NCBI RefSeq assembly: GCF_009834535.1
Contig: NC_045696.1
Location: 72,232,001 to 72,296,000, forward strand
Length of the DNA stretch: 64,000 nt
Reading direction: 5' to 3'
Source of the DNA: Camelus ferus
Taxonomy: Eukaryota
Shown: positions 36,031 through 49,441 of the stretch, piece after piece
Layout: every line of letters begins with the position of its first letter
How positions within the stretch are numbered: the stretch's first letter is position 1
The notes under the pieces: model-generated
The model's input: only the letters and a program-made list of their open reading frames with translations
What the model was told of the DNA's origin: nothing
Databases searched by the model: none
Translations under genes and position numbers: made by a program

Positions 36031-37519
36031 CATGTTAGAGTGTTATCTAATCACCAGGTGAAGAGAAGAAAAACTGCTACAGTAAAAGCATGGTTAGGAA
36101 TAGGTGAATTACACTCCCACATGCCCTCGTTGTTCAAAATGAATCTTGGCTATGCTTAGTGGGACTCTTCCTATTGTGCGACCCACATTTCTTACCCTTT
36201 TCAAGAAAACAATTGAACATTTTCTTGATCTTTAAGGGAAATCACTATGCACTTCAGCTGTTGTGTGGTGCTGCAATGCCATAATTGAAAATTGCAGTGA
36301 CATTTGCCCACTAATGAAATAAATCTAAACTGCCATATTTTTTGAGATACTGTATGTCTATTTTAAAATTTTTACTCTGGCCTCTTGATGTCAGACTGTT
36401 ATTTCTGGTTGCTTCCTATGTATTTCATATGGCACCCATCTCTCACCTCTACTATCACCATGTTATGTATAACTAACAGAAAAAAAAAACAAAGATAAAA
36501 GAGAACTGAGAGAAATATGAGCAAACTATAAGAAAAAAAACACTTAAGAGTGCAAGGGGCTCTCCTATGAGTTACAGATATAGGTCTTTTGTGAACAAAC
36601 CTTATTAAATGTATTTGTGTTCTTTGGGTAATTTTTTTGTTTACTACCTGTCTCCTCTGTATTCTAGATAGCTGAAATAGTTAGGTAGCTGGATTCTGAA
36701 GAGATGAAATGTTACCAAACATGGGAATAAAATGGCTATTTTGATTTCATGGCCCATCTCAGGATATGTCATTTTTAACATCTGTTCACACACTTAATCT
36801 AGAAATGGGAAACCATTTTCTTTAGAGATTTTACCATGAGCACTTGCCTTCCTACTTATGCCATTATCGTGTTACTCCTACTTCATTTTTCAAGAGTGTT
36901 CAGAAAACTGTTCTATGAAGTTTTGTGCCAGTCTATTAAGTGTGCTGTTTTGCAGCAGTAAGATTGAGCGGGTGTCCAACCACTACTCAGTGGTTACCTC
37001 TTTTGCGTAATCTGTAACTGTTTTTATCCTCCTTTATTTTCATGTTGCAGTCTTTTCCTATTCTGAGACAGAGGTGACCTCAACTAAACCATTGGGTGGC
37101 AGAGGACATCAAAGCCCCCTCTAGGGATGAAGGAGGGAGAAATCAAGACTGGTGATCTAGGTTGAAAACAGGACCTTGATTGTTTCAGGGGAGTGGATGG
37201 TTTGTAGAACAGCTTGGGGCTCAGGTCTCTTGCTGTGGATGTGGCAGTACCAAATAGGGAGCAGGGAGCTTGGGAGGCCAGACCCAAGATGGTAGGGCTT
37301 GAGTCCTATCTACCAAGCTCGGCTAGTTTCCCAGTCTGGAATATGAACAGGGCTCTTCACTGACTCCCACCAATTCTAATGAAATACCTCACATTTCTCT
37401 GCAGTCCCCTCTCTGGTTACATTACTTAGGATTTTTGTTTGTTTTTGTTTTATAACTATAGCTAATTTAGGAGGGAAAAGGAACTTATCGGAGTGTGTTA
37501 AATCAGAATCGGAGAAAAG

Positions 37520-37960
37520 ATCTACAATCTCTTTTCCATAAAGCAGCCTGAGCAATTTAATACAAATAGAAGTCATTTCTAATCTCTCTCTTGCTCAGAA
37601 CACAAGAGCTTTTCATTACACCTAGAATAAAACCTACCAGGCCCTATGCCATCTGGCATTGGCTGCTGTGATCTCACCTCTGCTGCCCCCATCTTACTCA
37701 GTCCGCCTCAGATGTTCCATCCTCCCTGCTCTCTTCTGCTTCAGGGCTTTGAACTTGCTTCACCTGCTGAAGAAACCCTTCACCAGGATTTTATATAGTT
37801 CACTTCTTTACTCTATTCAGATACATTTACTTGTTGTCATCTCTTTTTTCCAACTAGAATGTCGACGCTATGACGGCAGGGCTTTACTGCTGAATTTCCA
37901 GAGCTTAGAACAGGGCCAGGCACATAGTAGGTCCTCAGTAAGTACTGGTTAAATGGGTAA
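37520..37960 (+). mobile_element. L2 LINE 3' portion
   Basis: tcagggctttgaacttgct...caactagaatgt...ggcagggc...ggcacatagtaggtcctcagtaa. Confidence 0.8.
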
Positions 37961-38473
37961 CCAGGTTATAAGTAGCTCTATGAACCTCAGTAGCAGGAAC
38001 TGAGGTGCATTTTCCAACTAATTTCAGGAAACTATAGCATAATCTTGTGCTAGTATCTAATAGGTACTGCACACACACACACAAAGGAAAAATACCGACC
38101 AATTTCACTTATGAATATAGTTGCAAAAATTCTAACAAAATCTTAACAAACCAAATTCAACAATATATAAAACAGAGTATATCCTGGCCAAATTGGGTTT
38201 ATTTTAGGAAATAAAAATATAGCTTAATATCAGAAGCTCATTATTTATAGAATAAATGTAAATAGTCATATCAACAGATTATATGAGGAAAGTCATATAA
38301 TCATCTCAACTGATTCAGGAAAAACATTTGATAAAGTTCAACTTTTGGTCATAACTAGGAAAAAATACCATTGAAAAACTAGGATTATAAAAGATCTTTT
38401 TAAGGTTAAAGAACATCTAAAATAACAAAACAGAGAACTAATTAAACATTGGAAGATTTCCCTTCGAGATCAG

Positions 38474-38998
38474 TGTATTAATCATGTTTTATATTTTCTA
38501 TATCTTATGATATTTGGCATCTTAAAAATCTTGCTGGTTGAGGAGAGGCTGGCCTCCCAGGGCTAGATAATTCCTAAAATTAGTAAATAACTTATCTGGG
38601 AGCATGCCGCTCATGTGCAAGCCAACCACCTCCTCTACCTAATGCTCACATACTAATCCAATATTTCCCTTGGCCTAAATCATCCCAGGGCCAGTAACCA
38701 GGTAGCTGGAGATGATCCCACAGGCCAAAGTCCACCACTTATTAGCTAACCCTAAACTGTTCACTCTGCCCTGTCTTTCCCACAGAAACTCCAATAAGGG
38801 TTCTGGGCCTCAGCTTTTCCCTCCTTCCTACTCTGTCTCCTGACCACACTTGGTGCTCCTCATGTGGTCCTGTGTGATGTAATGTGCCCTCTTCTCCCAG
38901 GAAATGAAAGTAATAAATTCTTCTTTCAATAGCATTAACCTTCATGTCATCACTTAGTCACCTCCATAAATTAAAATCCCATAGTTACAAATCAGACT
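38474..38998 (+). mobile_element. MER74-like ERVL solo LTR
   Basis: tgtattaatcatgtttt...cctcccagggctagataattcct start; 5-bp TSD atcag (38469-38473, 38999-39003) within the L1. Confidence 0.85.
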
Positions 38999-39436
38999 AT
39001 CAGGAAAAATACAAGGATGCCCATTATTACTACTTCTATTCAGAATTTTAGCTGAGTACCAGTGAGAGCCATTAGGTAGGTAAGAAAAAGAAATAAGAAA
39101 CATAACTTTGGAAAGGAAGAAACAAAACTGTCATTATTTAAAGATGATATGATTTTGACATACAAAATCCAAAGTAATCATGAATTATTAGAATTAATAA
39201 CCAGATCAAGCTGTGGATACAAAATCAATATAAAAATTAACAGTATATCCATATATCAACAACCAATAGTTAGAAGAGGAAATAAATGATACCATTCAAA
39301 ATAGCTTAAGAAGTCATGTCCCAAGGTATAAATTAAAAAAAAAGTGCAAGACCTTTGTGAAGAAAACTATAAAGTTTATTGAAAGAAAATAAAGACAACT
39401 TCATAAATGTACCATGTTTATGGATCTGATCACTAA

Positions 39437-39522
39437 ACACCACCACCACCACCACCACCATCAGCAACAAAAATAAAGAAGAAGGAAGAGGAGGAGAGGA
39501 AGAGAAAGAAAAAAGGAAAGAA
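39437..39522. repeat. (CAC)n followed by GA-rich low-complexity sequence
   Basis: Read directly from the sequence. Confidence 0.85.
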
Positions 39523-42024
39523 ATTTGGCCCATAATTAACAATATGACAAGCAGAAAGTAGTTCTCAGTGTCAAATAAAAAACAAAGCTTTTTGAAGATA
39601 ATCTAGGAGAATATCTTCCTGCTCATGGGCTAGGGAAAGATATTTTAAAATAAGGCACAGGAAAAAAGATTGCTAAATTTTGCTACATGTGTCAGAAGAC
39701 ACATTAAGAGAAGGAAAAGGAAAGTCACAGAGAAGAGAAAACATTTGCAACACATCTAATTGCTCACATCCAAATATAAAAAGAATTTCTACAATTCAAT
39801 ATGAAAAAACAAACAGACAGCCCGATTGAAAGATGGAAAAGAGCTGAACTGACAGTTCACAAAAGAGGATGTCTAAATGGCTAATAAACATTATGTAAAG
39901 ACATCCACACTCATTAGTAATCAAGATCATGCAAATTAAAACTACAGTGAGGTACAACTACTTAACAGATTGGGTAAAATTTAAACTTTAACCATAAGAA
40001 GTGCTGGAAAAGACATAGAACAATCAGAAATTTCATATACTTTTGGTGGGGTGGAGGATGGTTTACTGATTCAACCAATCGAGAAAACTGTTTGGACATT
40101 ATCCAGTAGTGTTGTGGATTTGCACAACCTTTGACACTGAAGTTCCTCTCCTAAGGATATGCCCTAAAGAAATGTGTGCTTATGTTCACCAGGATACATG
40201 TACAAGATTATTTATAGCAGGATTAACTGAAGTAGCCCCAAATTGGAAAACTATAAAGTAAAGCAAGGGTATGATTGCTATAAAATTCAAGAGGGTTGTT
40301 AGGCGAGGGTTAAGTGCAGTCCTAGGGTTTGGCCAGGGTCAAGAAGGTTGTGAGTAACATTTATTTGCATCCACACCTACACTGATGATCACAACAGGGT
40401 GACACCTCTAAAGGTTCTGGAGTGGAATCTTCTTTTACAACATAGACTTAAAGTCAAACTCTGAGGCAGGTAGAGAAAGAAGGATGAGTGGACATAATAT
40501 GGAACAAACAAGGATCCCTCTTGGGAGGCAGAGGGCAGCTGAAGGAGAAGGTCTGTCCAGTCAAAGGATTGCATGAGGGTCTTGAAGGGATAGCACAAGG
40601 GGAGCTGTGGTTGTTGGTACTGAATAATATGTTATGTGTCTCACAGTTTCTCCTCAGGCTCATCTTGTACAGGAGGTAACTGTACAACCTAGATATTTTA
40701 GGATACTGTAGATTGCAAGTGTTGATATGTTATCTGAATTGTGTATTTATTTTGTATTTCTCTTCTTATAATTTATAGTAAAAATGACTCATTAAACATT
40801 CATATAAATGAGATTCATTTGTATCCCTTGAATAATTTCCAAGTAAATAAATTCACATTTGAGAGAAAAAAACCTTTGACAGATCAGGGCATTCTGATGG
40901 TTGGTTCAAGGACTTTGTGATCAACCATCACCACAGCCCTCTGGATCATGTTCTCTCCACCCAGAACAATTTCCTCCGGTGATGAAGCTGGAGCCCACTA
41001 TGAGGTCTTCCCAACCACAAAGGGGCAGAAGTCATGCACGTGAAATTTTTGAACCTGCACCTGTGCTGTCCATAAAAAAGGTTAAATCAAAGCCAATGAC
41101 AACACATATGGCAAATGACTATTTGAAAGAAATTTATGGTTATAAATTTTGAAGACAACACCTCATCAATGTTGCTAAAACACCTGGCATTTTCTTTTCT
41201 TTTTCTCTCCCATTAATTTTTCTCTTTAGTTTCTTTAAGGCCCATAATTTCCTGTGGGCTTCAGAACAAATAGTAAGAAAGACTCTGGTGTTACTTGGGT
41301 GAGTTGGGGTGTGTCGGTGTGGATGTGAGAGGGAAGAAGAAAATGCCCATCTGGTTGTGGCTGTTGCTGCAGCTCAACTCAGAAACGATGATGGAAATAA
41401 TGAGGAAAATAATGGTGGCTTTGAAAATAATTTGGCAGCAATTTTATTTGTTGTGCAGTAAAATGGCTGGCCTGTGGCTGTATATGCAGATTGAGGAGTA
41501 AACTTTCAAAGCATGCTCAGGAGGCATGCATGGTAATCCTATTATCTGATAACAGGATTTGTGCACATACCTCCCACATGCAGCATCAGTAACCCACCCT
41601 TTTAGTATCGCTGTGAAATGCAATTTGTGTGCAGATGAAAAGTTTACAGAACATGGGCCTGTGCCATGAAGCTCAACAAAGCCAGCGCACTGTGTGGCAA
41701 GATTTCTGAACCCAACCCCCGTTGCTCCTGCTGTCTCCCTCCTTATTGATTTCTGTCCCTTGGCCAAGTGGGCTTTGTGATGGTCTGCATCGACCCAGAA
41801 ACTTGCAAAATGAGCTAATCAAATAGATGCAGCAGAAACCAACCCTGGATTTCTGGGAGGCTTTGGAGTCATGCCATACACAGGAGGTGGAAAGATGACT
41901 GGGTCAAATGGTGGTGGAATGTACCGGGTGAGGAGGTCAAATGGCATGAAGTTTGGTTAATTATTTTAAAGAAACATCCACAGAAATAGGTAAAGCAAAA
42001 ATTAGAGGCAAATGCTTGATGGAC

Positions 42025-42408
42025 TATATTTTAGTCTGCTATTGCTGCCATAATGAAATACCCGGGACTGGGTGGTTTAAACAATAGGAATTTATATTCT
42101 CACAGTTCAGGAAGCTGGAGCTCCAAGATCAAGGTGTCAGCAGGTTTGGTTTCTCCTGAGGCAGAGCTCCCTCCTTGGCTTGTAGACAGATGCCTTCTGG
42201 CTGTGTCCTCACATGGCGTTTTCTCACCAGACCCCCGGTGTCTCTTCCTCTTCTTATGACAACAACTGTCATATTGGATTGAGTCTCACCCTCATGATCT
42301 CATTTAACCTTAATTACCTCTTTAAAGGACCCAGCTCCAAGTACAGTCACACTGAGGGTTAGGGTTTCAACGTATGGATCTTGGGAGAACACAACTTTAG
42401 TCATAACA
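42025..42408 (-). mobile_element. MLT1A/B-type MaLR solo LTR
   Basis: gctgccataatgaaatacc...tctcacagttcaggaagctggag..ccaagatcaaggtgtcagcagg...ttaaccttaattacctc...cataaca. Confidence 0.92.
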
Positions 42409-42926
42409 GAAAGTGACAAAGGTAGCGCTTTAAAATAACTTCTTGCTATTCATATTTTAAGGTTTTTGTTCACACATGCTCTACCTATCTTCCTTTTTGT
42501 TAGAGCTTACAATAACTGGTATATATTTTCACATGAACATCATATAAACTAGAGCAGCAGATGTTAGTGACAGAAGCTGCCGTGAAAAATATGGAAAAGC
42601 ATACACTCATTACTTCCATTGCTTATGAGTGAGAAAATACAGATTCACACTTATTTTCTTAAAAAAGGATTATATGGTAAATTCACATATTTAAGTATGA
42701 ATTTATTGATTCTTCCCAACAAGCCAATCAAGATGGGAAAGTTATTTTATTGGAGTATATTAATGTTAACCCTTGCTCTTAATAAAATGTGATTTTATAT
42801 GGTCAATGTACAATAGATTGAGCAATGAGTACAGGACAAATAGATTTAGTTGGGGAAAAGCTGTAAACCACGAGATAGTTTGAAATTTGGGTATAGGGAC
42901 TCTGTTGGCAGCTGGTGAGGAAACAG

Positions 42927-43585
42927 GTTATTCCAGGTCTTTCTCTTTTCCATATAAAATGTGGAATTAGCTTATCAATTTCTACCAAAAAAAGCCAGCA
43001 GGGCTATTAATTGGGAATATGTTGAATCTATGAATCCATTTGGCAAGAACTGATACCTTAATAATACTGAATATTCTGGTCTGTGAACTCAGTACATTTA
43101 TTTAGCTTTTTAATTTTTCTTAGCACTGTTTTATACTTGGCATTCGATGGGTTTTGCACTATTTTGTTAGATTTATTCCTAAGCATTTCATGTTTTTTTT
43201 TGATGCTATTGTAAATAATTCTGCTTTTAAATTTCTATTTCCAATTGTTCACTCCTATTATACAGAATTACAATTGATCTTATATTTTGCAAAACTCATA
43301 CTTTAGTCTTTTTGGTATGTTCTTTAGAATTTACTACGTAGAAAATTATGTCTTCTGCAAATAAAGGAAAGCTTATTTCTTTATTTCCAATATGTATGCC
43401 TTTTCTGTCTTTCTTTTATTGCTTTATTCCATTGGATCTCCATTATGAAACAGAATAGCAGCAGTAAGAGTGGACATCCTTGTCTTGTTTCTGATCTGAA
43501 GGGGAAAGTACTCAGTCTTTTATCACTAAGGATGATACTAAATGTACTTTTTTCTTTTTTTTTTTTTGTAGATGTCCTTTATCAG
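42927..43585 (-). mobile_element. Old L1M ORF2 (RT) fragment
   Basis: ORF 42803-42988 contains EIDKLIPHFIWK; gagtggacatccttgtcttgtttctgatct is the antisense of the QGCPL motif. Confidence 0.88.
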
Positions 43586-43890
43586 CTTCTACCTTAAGAA
43601 ACTAGAAAAAGAAGAGAAAATCAAGCCTAAAGTAAGCAGAATATGGGGAGAAGTAAATATAGCAGAAATCAGTGAAATAGGAAACCAAAAATAACAGAGA
43701 AAATCAATGAAATCAAAAGCAGGTTATTTGAGGAGAGCAGTAAAATTAACAAACCTCCAGTCAACTGAGAAAAACAGAGAGAAGCCACACATCAATGCTG
43801 GGTGTGAAAAAGGGGACAGAACTACCAACCTCACAGTGGTTACTCAAGAGATAACAGCATGTTACTTGAATCATTAAATTTATATGGAAA
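43586..43890 (+). mobile_element. Old L1M ORF2 fragment, opposite orientation to its left neighbour
   Basis: cttaagaaactagaaaaagaagag..aagcctaaagtaagcaga..aaaatcaatgaaatcaaaagc encodes LKKLEKEE..KPKVSR..KINEIKS. Confidence 0.85.
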
Positions 43891-43891
43891 T

Positions 43892-44091
43892 TAGTAGTTC
43901 TCAAACTTAAGCATGCATTCAAACTTGAGAGCATGGATTCAGAATTGCCTTGAGGGTTTGTTAAAACACAGATTGCTGGGTCCTGGGTTTCTGTTTTAGC
44001 AGGTCTGGGGTGAGGCCTGAGAATCTGCATCCTAATGATTTATTAAGATGCTAATGATGTTGACCTAGGGGCTACATTTTGAGAGCCACTG
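43892..44091. mobile_element. MER5A hAT-Charlie element
   Basis: tagtagttctcaaactt...ttgttaaaacacagattgctggg...aggtctggggtgaggcctgagaatctgcat...tttgagagccactg. Confidence 0.92.
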
Positions 44092-44321
44092 TCTTACATA
44101 CAAAGGCTTCATATCTACTCTTTGACTCTACTTATGTTTCTCTTGCCTTCTGTGCTATTATTTCTGTAATGTATACATTTAATACCCTATAAGGCAATAT
44201 TCTTATTAGATAGGAAAGATTCGTTTATATTTAGCCCTATATTCTCTCTGTTGTTCTTGCACCTTTGAGCTTCCATCTGGGATTATTTGCCTTTTTGGCA
44301 GAAGAACACCCTTTAGCATTT

Positions 44322-44453
44322 TTTTTTTTTTAATGAGGGGGAGGTAATTAGGTTTATTTATTTGTTTATATTTGGAGGAGGTACTGAGGATGGAACCCAG
44401 GACCTCAAGCATGCTAAGCATGCACTCTACCACTTGAGCTATACCTTCCCCCC
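44322..44453 (-). mobile_element. Camelid tRNA-Ala-derived SINE
   Basis: Reverse-complement head ggtatagctcaagtggtagagtgcatgcttagcatgc; poly(T); TSD agcattt. Confidence 0.93.
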
Positions 44454-46816
44454 AGCATTTCCTTTAAAGCAGGTCTGCTAGGAATGAATTCACCCAATTT
44501 TTGTATGTCTGAATCTGTTTATTTTGCTTGTATCTCTGAAGGATATTTTTGGTGAATAGGAAACTAGGTTACTGTTATTCTCTTCTAGCACATTTTCTTC
44601 TGACTTGTATGGTTTCTGTTGAGAAGATGGCTACTCATCTTACTGTTGTCCCTTTGATGATAATAGATCTTTTGGGCTGCTTTTAAAATTTGCTTCTTGT
44701 CTTTGGTTTTTAGCTCTTGCTCTGATATGCTGGTTCTGCTTTTCTTTGTAGCTGTTCTGATTACGTTGCATAGGACTTCTTGAATGTGTGGTTTGAAGTC
44801 TTCCATCAAGTTTGTATTAGTGTCCTTTCTCTTTTCAACTGTATTGTTGCTGCAACATATAGTCTTTATGATGCTGATTCTTTGAGATGTGTTGAGACTT
44901 TCTTCATGGCTGAGTTAAGTGTGGAATTTTAGAAATATTGCTTGTAAGCTTGAGAAGACTGTGTATTCTCTAGTTGTAAGATATATAATTTAAAATGTTA
45001 TTATATTAATATTATATTAATTATAGCAATTTTGTTATATATGTTCTTTAAATATTCTTTATCCATATTAATTTATTGTATTCTAGACCACTAATAATTA
45101 CTGGAGGTGTGCTAACATATCCTATGATGATTTTGAGGCAATTTTATTATGTTCATCCAAGTTTAAAATTGTTATAATCACATAGTGAACTGAAAACTTT
45201 TATCATTACATAGTAAACTTCTCTATTTCCAATAACACTCTTTGTCTTATGTTTTCTTTTATGTACTATTAGTGTGGTGATCTCTGCATTGTTTTGGTAT
45301 TTGTCTGGTATTTCTTTTTAAATCTTTGTTCTTATAACCTTTCTACATTTATATACTTTAGGTATGACTATAATAAATGGTTTAGGTAGATAAAACAAAT
45401 GGATTTTTTTCTCTTATTGTGTGTTAAATTCATTTATATTTATTATTATTATTGATATATTTGGACTTGTTCCTATCAATGTAAATTTTCCCTTATCTGT
45501 TTCATTTGTTTCTTTCCTTCCTTTGCCTTTTTAAAGTTAATTCAGTTTTTTTGGCTAAAGTTTTTTCTTAACTAATTTTTCCCCTCTACTAGGTAAAAAT
45601 AACATATTATAATCTTTTAGTAATTAACATAAAAATTTTTATCATACATGAAATTTAACTTAAATTTAAGTAAGTTTAAAGTAAGTTAGTATGTTAAATG
45701 AGCTCCTGAAAAATGCTAGGATCTTGGAACAGCTTCCATCAGCTAGCTACTTACTTCTGATTAGTGAATCAAAATCTAACTTTGGAGACTGATAAATCTC
45801 TCAGTGCTACTGGAGATTAGAACTTTAGTTCTATACTTTATTTTTCAAACACTATAAATTAGATCGCCTCCACTCTTTCCTCTTTTTTCCCTAATCTTCC
45901 TCCTTGTTCTTTCTTTTTTTTATACATACAGTCATTTAAAAATTATCTACATCTTTATCAATTTATTCATTATTCATTTTGCATTCCAGACTTTCCTTTA
46001 GCCATAATTTTCTTTCTTCCTGAAGCACATTCTTTAGAAGCTCCTATGGTGAAGATCTGTTAATAGCAAACTCTAGGTTTTTGTTCAATTGAAAATGTCT
46101 TTTTTTTAAAATTATTTCTGACAAGATAGTTTTGCTAAGTACTTGATTTTAAGTTGACAGTTAATTTATTTTAATCAAGCAGTTATTATTTCCCAAACTT
46201 CTGCTTTCTGTTGTTACTGTTGAGAGTCTAAATATCATTTCTTTTACTTCAGGTTGCTTTTAAAATCTTTTTGTCTTTTGTCATCTGCAGTTTCACTGTA
46301 ATGTGTGTTTTTGTGGATTTCTTTTTATTTATCTTGCTTATTATATATTGACTTCCTTTATCTATGAGTTTATATATCTCATCAATTCTAGAAAATTCTT
46401 GATCATTTTCTCTTCAAATATTGCAGTTCTGCCATTCTCTCTATTTCCTTCTCTAGAATTATGTCTGGATGTATTTTAAAGTCTTTCATTTTATCCTCCA
46501 CAACTTTCAATCTCTGTCTTTTTTCTCTTTTTATTCAATATACTGGATCCTGAATATTTCTTTCAGATACTTCTTCCATTTCACTAACTCTCTCTTCACT
46601 CACATCTAATCTGCAAAATCTAAACCATCCATTAAATTTTCTTTTTCAATAATTATATTTTCTATTTCCTAAAGTTCTTTTTGTTTTTATTTTTCAAATA
46701 TGCAAAATATTTTTGACAGTTTCTTAACAGTACTCATTTTCTGAAAACATCTTTAATTATTTGAACAGTTTATAAATAGAAATTTTATATTCTCTGTCTG
46801 ACAATTCCAAAATATT

Positions 46817-46999
46817 TAGGTTTCACTTTTTTAAAAAATTTATTTTTTACTGTTTTTAAATTTTTATTTATTTATTTTTTGGAGGGAGGTAATTATATTT
46901 ATTTATTTATTTTAATGGAGGTACTGGGGATTGAACCCAGGACCTCAGGCATGCTAAGTGCACACTCTACCACTGAGCTATACTCCCCACCTCCACCCC
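46817..46999 (-). mobile_element. Camelid tRNA-Ala-derived SINE
   Basis: Head as in the other copies; perfect 19-bp flanking duplication ctgacaattccaaaatatt (46798-46816, 47000-47018). Confidence 0.94.
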
Positions 47000-49441
47000 C
47001 TGACAATTCCAAAATATTAATTCCTTGGAGACTTGAATATTTGTAGTTACAAATGATTTGTAATAATGATGTCTTCTTTACATGTATATTGTCTGATTTT
47101 GGATTTTAGCTCATATTTGCTTGCTCTTAATCTGTGGGAATCTTGTGGCAATAAGATGGGGATGGTTTTCTCCAGAAAACATTTATTTGTGCTTTTGCGA
47201 GAAAACAGGGAGACTACTGGCCTGGAACATTGTAATTCCCCTTGAGAATATCAGCTTAATGTGGGACTCTCAAATTCAACTCTTGTACCTGCTTCTAGCC
47301 CAAGGCTTAGTTCAGCCATCAAAGCTCTAATACTGGCTTGTGTCTTTAGGCCAGTCTACCTTTCCCTTTTTATTACTGCTCATCATTTTGCATTTTTGAG
47401 ATTTATTTTTGGAGAGAGTATCCTGAAAAACCCCCCTTTTCTTACAAATTCAGAAATGAATAAAGGATAGTTTATCCAGGATCTACTTGTTTTTATGGTG
47501 GGAGGACCTTTCAGAATATTTAGTTCTTCTTACTGCCAGAACAGGAAATCTGAGGCCTTTTTCTTAAGTGTCTCTTTAATAAGGTTTAAAATATTTACAA
47601 CTAGTTCTTCAGTTAAATTTTAAAAAGGTAATTCAGACAACAAAACCTATCTTACCACGATCAAGCAATGTTCCTCACAGTTCCAGTTTTTTTGATCTTC
47701 CCTTTGACTTTATCTTGCATATGGATGTAAACTCGCCATGGAAGATAAGATTTAGAATGTTCATATGAGCAATTATCTTTTAACACCAACACAAGTCATG
47801 CATACAATTTGGCAGAGTGAAGATTACATACAGAAGAGACTTGAAGGTTCTTACAAAACAGATAAAAGAGTGAGAATATTACTGAGTGAAAGTCAATGAG
47901 CTCCATCTCTTTAAAAAGATAACTGAAACAGCAAAGGGATCGATGGCCTGACATTAATGAGATTGACAGTCTTTGAAATTTTATAAAATTTTTCTCTTAA
48001 ATTTTCATACATATCCAGAGCAGTCAAGGTTTTTGTTTTGCAAGTTTACTGCAGTATGTCAATTGATTTTCAAGTGTAAGTCTGACTATGTAGAAGGTTC
48101 ACAGGTATCTCTGAATTCTATACTTAAAATTAAAAATGCATTGTTTAAGGTGGAATGCCACTGATACATTAACTATAGTCTTATCCTGAACAATAATCTT
48201 GATGAATTCATGAACTTGATATACCAGTTATATTTTCCTATAATATACAGTATATTCTTTACCACATGTGTATCTCAATTCAGAAAACACCATATTAAGG
48301 CAAGAGGCAGCTATGAGTAGCAGAATGGAGTGAGCTTACTTTCTGAAATTGCACCACAGTGTCTTCATGGTGAGGGCCAGGTTGGTCTGGAGTGGTTGAA
48401 GGTCTGATCTGCAGGAGTTGTTTGTTGACAAATAAACAAGTGTGGTCATGCAGTGGATTGATCTTCATTTACATTTTCAAGTGTCTCTTCAGTTCTCATA
48501 AAGTAAAATTTATGTTCACTCCCCTATCTCTGGGTCTTAGTTAGTTCCCCAGTACACTAAAGAGGCAAGAGCAAGTGTTCTCTAAGATTTCTCCTAGCCA
48601 TTATTAGTCTTGTGTAATATGTGAAGCCTGGGGTACATGTTAGTATTTATCACTGCCTCCTATTACTACCACACTAAATACAGTACAATAGAAAAAGGGA
48701 GGACATTAGCCATAGCAATCAGACAAGAAAGAGAAATAAAAGGTATTCAAATTGGAAGGGTAAAGGTAAGACTGTCACTATTTGCAGGTGATATAATACT
48801 CTATATAGAGAACCCTAAAGACTGCACAAAAACTGTTAGAACTAATAAATGAATTCAGCAAGATAGCAGGATACAAGATTACTATACAGAAATCTGCTGC
48901 ATTTCTTTATACTAGCAATGAAATATCAGAAGGAGAAAAATTTAAAAATCCCATTTAAAATTATTTACCTAAGAGTAAATTTAGCCAAGGAGGTGAAAAA
49001 TCTATATGCTGAAAAGTATAAAACTGGTAAAGGAAATTGAAGATAACTCAAAGAAATGGAAAGATATCCCAAGCTATTGGATCAGAAGAATGAATATTGT
49101 TAAAATGGCCATACTACCCAAAGTAATCTACAGATTTAATGCAATCCCTATCAAATTACCAATGGCATTTTTCGCGGAACTAGAAAAAAATTTACATGGA
49201 ACCACAAAAGACCCAGAATTGCCAGAGCAATCCTTTGGAAAATATTAAAGCTGGAGGTATAACCCTCTCAGACTTCAGACAATACTATAAAGCTGAAGTA
49301 ATCAAACAGCATGGTATTAGCACAAAAACAGACATATAGGTCAATGGAACAAATTAGCCCAGAAGTAAACCCACACTCCATGTTCACTTAATCTTCAACA
49401 AAGGAGGTAAGAATATACAATGGAGATAAGACAGTCTCTTT

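Larger units (their letters stand above)
38080..40330 (+). mobile_element. Old L1M (RT region to ORF2 3' end), interrupted by MER74
   Basis: aaataccgaccaatttcacttatgaatatagttgcaaaaattcta encodes the YRPISLMNI.AKIL RT motif; caaggatgcccatta; atgcaaattaaaactacagtgag. Confidence 0.88.
44150..47550 (-). mobile_element. Degenerate old L1ME/HAL1-like ORF1 and ORF2 5' fragments
   Basis: T-rich antisense L1; ORF 44585-44809 (KPHIQE...LKTKDKKQILKAA) is ORF1-like; a second ORF1-like block at ~46000-46700. Confidence 0.7.
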
